Shown in pieces: positions 40,902 through 42,547 of a stretch of DNA of 42,547 bases. The translations under genes and the position numbers were made by a program. The stretch comes from Candidatus Bipolaricaulota bacterium (lineage in GTDB: Bacteria; Bipolaricaulota; Bipolaricaulia; UBA7950; UBA9294). The DNA lies in the NCBI GenBank assembly GCA_021159055.1, contig JAGGSO010000008.1, positions 1 to 42,547 of the forward strand, written 5' to 3'. Every line of letters begins with the position of its first letter. The first letter of the stretch is position 1. The notes under the pieces are model-generated. The model did not search any database. It was given only the letters and a program-made list of their open reading frames with translations, and was not told the DNA's origin.

Positions 40902-42191
40902 TCACCAGCGATGAGATCGAGCATCGTAATCAGGAGCGTTAAGATCAAGAGCTGTTATTCCGTACAACGGGACAAACTGCACGCTTATGCCTTTGACGGT
41001 CATTTCTTGGGGTAGGCCTGCATGAAGAACGTATCCTTTTAGGGGGTGGTACTTCTCGATGAAGCTTATAAATGACTTTCCAACGGCCTTTGCCACTCCT
41101 GACTTCACCTCAAGCGGGATCACGTGATCGCGAGTTGGGACGATGAAGTCCACCTCCCCCTTGGATTTGGTGCGCCAGAAGTTCAGGGGAATCTCCTTTT
41201 TCATCAGTTCTGTAGCTATGACGTTCTCAATGAGATGCCCGATGTCGGTTCTACGGCTCCATCCTCTAAAGTCCTGACTGAGATAGTTTCGCAATCCTGT
41301 ATCAACGAAGTATACCTTTGGATTTTTCGTGATCTCCAACCGTTTGTTAGTGAAGAAGGGGCGTGCGAGTTTAAGTATGTACGTCTCCTCTAGTATTGAC
41401 AGATATTCTTTTAAAGTAGCATACCTAAGGCCGGACACCTGGGAGAGTTCGGAGTACCGAATCAAACCACCAATCTGAAGTGCTAACGCTTTAACCAACT
41501 TCTGAAGGCCGGACTCCGATGCCAGCCGAAAGAAACCGCGGACGTCCTTGAGGAGATATGTGACAAAAATGTTCTTCAGAACCTCCGCTTTCTCCTCTGC
41601 ATCCCGCGCGACTACTACTCTGGGGTATCCGCCCCAGATAGAAAACTCTTCAAAGTAAGAAAGCACTTGCCGGTGGAGTGAGGCGGAGATTGGGATGCCG
41701 CGCGGGATTCGCTCGTTCAGGATGGAGAGTAGCCCTGGTGATTTATACGCCAAAAACTCCGCAAACGAGAGAGGAAAGAGCTCGAAAACAAAGATCCTTC
41801 CCACCAGATACGCGGCGCTCACGGTTAAATCCAAACTGGATGAACCCGAGATGATGAACTTCGTATCGGAATGGTCATGAAGGTATTTCAAGAGCTTGCC
41901 ACCGTGCTCGGCGTGCTGGAATTCATCGATGAACAGGTACCGTTTCCCCTTCACGTAGAGTTGCGCAAACGCCTTGATGTCCTCCTCGAACAAGGCAACC
42001 AGTTCCGGGTCCTCAAAATCCAAAAAGGCTTTGGGTCCTGGAAGACCTTCGTACAGGCGGTTCATCAAGGTTGTTTTACCAACCTGACGGGCACCGACAA
42101 TCACTATCACCTCGGGAGCAGAAAGGAACTTTCTAAGTTTGCCTTCTAAAATTCTTGGTATGTAAATTTTATCCCTGCTATTTTTCTCCAT
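40902..42191 (-). CDS. AAA ATPase (AAA_14 / DUF4143 type) with C-terminal PD-(D/E)xK-like motif
   Basis: 429 aa. Walker A GARQVGKTT, Walker B YLFIDEFQ, C-terminal KGEVDFIV...IPLEVKSG. The gene is visibly AT-richer than its neighbours. No GGAGG SD upstream. Confidence 0.85.
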   Translation of the reverse strand: MEKNSRDKIYIPRILEGKLRKFLSAPEVIVIVGARQVGKTTLMNRLYEGLPGPKAFLDFEDPELVALFEEDIKAFAQLYVKGKRYLFIDEFQHAEHGGKLLKYLHDHSDTKFIISGSSSLDLTVSAAYLVGRIFVFELFPLSFAEFLAYKSPGLLSILNERIPRGIPISASLHRQVLSYFEEFSIWGGYPRVVVARDAEEKAEVLKNIFVTYLLKDVRGFFRLASESGLQKLVKALALQIGGLIRYSELSQVSGLRYATLKEYLSILEETYILKLARPFFTNKRLEITKNPKVYFVDTGLRNYLSQDFRGWSRRTDIGHLIENVIATELMKKEIPLNFWRTKSKGEVDFIVPTRDHVIPLEVKSGVAKAVGKSFISFIEKYHPLKGYVLHAGLPQEMTVKGISVQFVPLYGITALDLNAPDYDARSHRW

Positions 42192-42356
42192 GGCGCAATT
42201 TTAGCAGGGATAATATGAGGATGCAAGTTCGCTCCGGGAGCCTCGTCCATACGGGGAGGAAAGCGGGAATTTGGGGAAGGCGATCGGATCAGGGTTTGTT
42301 CGGGTGGGGTGGAATCTGTGGCAGCCGGCAATCGAGGAACGCCCAGATAATGTGGC

Positions 42357-42547
42357 GGCGCAGCTTGTCTGCGACGAAAAAACGGCGGGTACCGGGGACG
42401 TAGGGGCGGGTTTGAAACCCGCTCCCTACAAAAGGTCGGATTATTCCGTAACGTCGCAGCTTGTCTGCGACGTTCCAATAGCGGTTCCGATAATGGCGGG
42501 GACAAGCCCCGCCACTACGAAAAATGGCGTCCCTTTCAGGGTTTGGT
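42357..42547. repeat. Array of REP-like GC hairpins with GT(A/G)(G/A) heads (BIME-like cluster), truncated by the window end
   Basis: Hairpins at 42357-42375, 42400-42429 (GTAGGGGCGGGTTT/AAACCCGCTCCCTAC), 42451-42473 (perfect 9-bp stem, CTTGT loop) and 42495-42513 (GGCGGGG-ACAAG-CCCCGCC, followed by ACTAC). They are spaced about 42-49 nt apart. The 18-nt CGCAGCTTGTCTGCGACG is exact at 42359 and 42455. Confidence 0.7.

Noticed and set aside
42192-42547. CRISPR array
   Set aside because: The repeats are non-identical hairpins at about 45-nt spacing with no uniform repeat-spacer periodicity, and no cas genes are in view. REP/BIME-like organisation fits better. ORFs 42155-42403 (+) and 42146-42505 (-) run through the hairpins and are rejected as coding.
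1-42547. Prophage, IS element, integron or genomic island boundaries
   Set aside because: No integrase, transposase, recombinase or phage structural genes were found in any frame. The tRNA genes have no adjacent direct repeats of their 3' ends. Only compositional hints (30.8-35.3 kb, 40.9-42.2 kb) are reported as findings.

Overview
Tightly packed, high-GC bacterial chromosomal segment with about 41 CDS and 3 tRNAs. GGAGG-type Shine-Dalgarno sites are strong, and many adjacent genes share an ATGA start/stop overlap. Taxon cannot be assigned without a database search. Left to right: (1) an S9 peptidase converging on a minus-strand proteostasis string, rqcH-like / M50 site-2 protease / trigger factor / clpP. 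(2) tRNA-Thr followed by an unannotated 51-aa membrane mini-ORF. (3) A xanthine-dehydrogenase-family FAD/2Fe-2S/Mo operon. (4) An orphan ribbon-helix-helix gene in an AT-rich region with operator-like repeats. (5) A PKD/beta-propeller surface protein. (6) A mannose-related cluster: two GT4 glycosyltransferases (one fused to a large C-terminal helical domain) and a GntR-HTH::solute-binding-protein fusion regulator, divergent from phosphomannomutase and mannose-1-P guanylyltransferase. (7) glmS, a DUF151 nuclease, pgk, tRNA-Gly, family-4 UDG, then infB-DUF503-rbfA and a DUF84 ITPase/XTPase. (8) tRNA-Pro. (9) A lower-GC CUT1 sugar ABC importer operon ending in two tandem purple-acid-phosphatase-like metallophosphoesterases, one of which has lost almost all metal ligands. 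(10) tdk plus a BMP-family nucleoside ABC transporter. (11) A low-GC AAA ATPase with a PD-(D/E)xK-like tail, flanked by a REP-like hairpin array that runs off the window. I saw no CRISPR array, transposase, integrase or canonical defence operon. The best candidates for something undescribed are the active/degenerate phosphoesterase pair wired to an ATPase-less importer, the GntR::SBP regulator with the GT4-helical fusion protein, and the GTAG-headed hairpin repeats together with the 40-nt direct repeat that overlaps a stop codon. All homology calls are by-eye motif recognition, not database searches.
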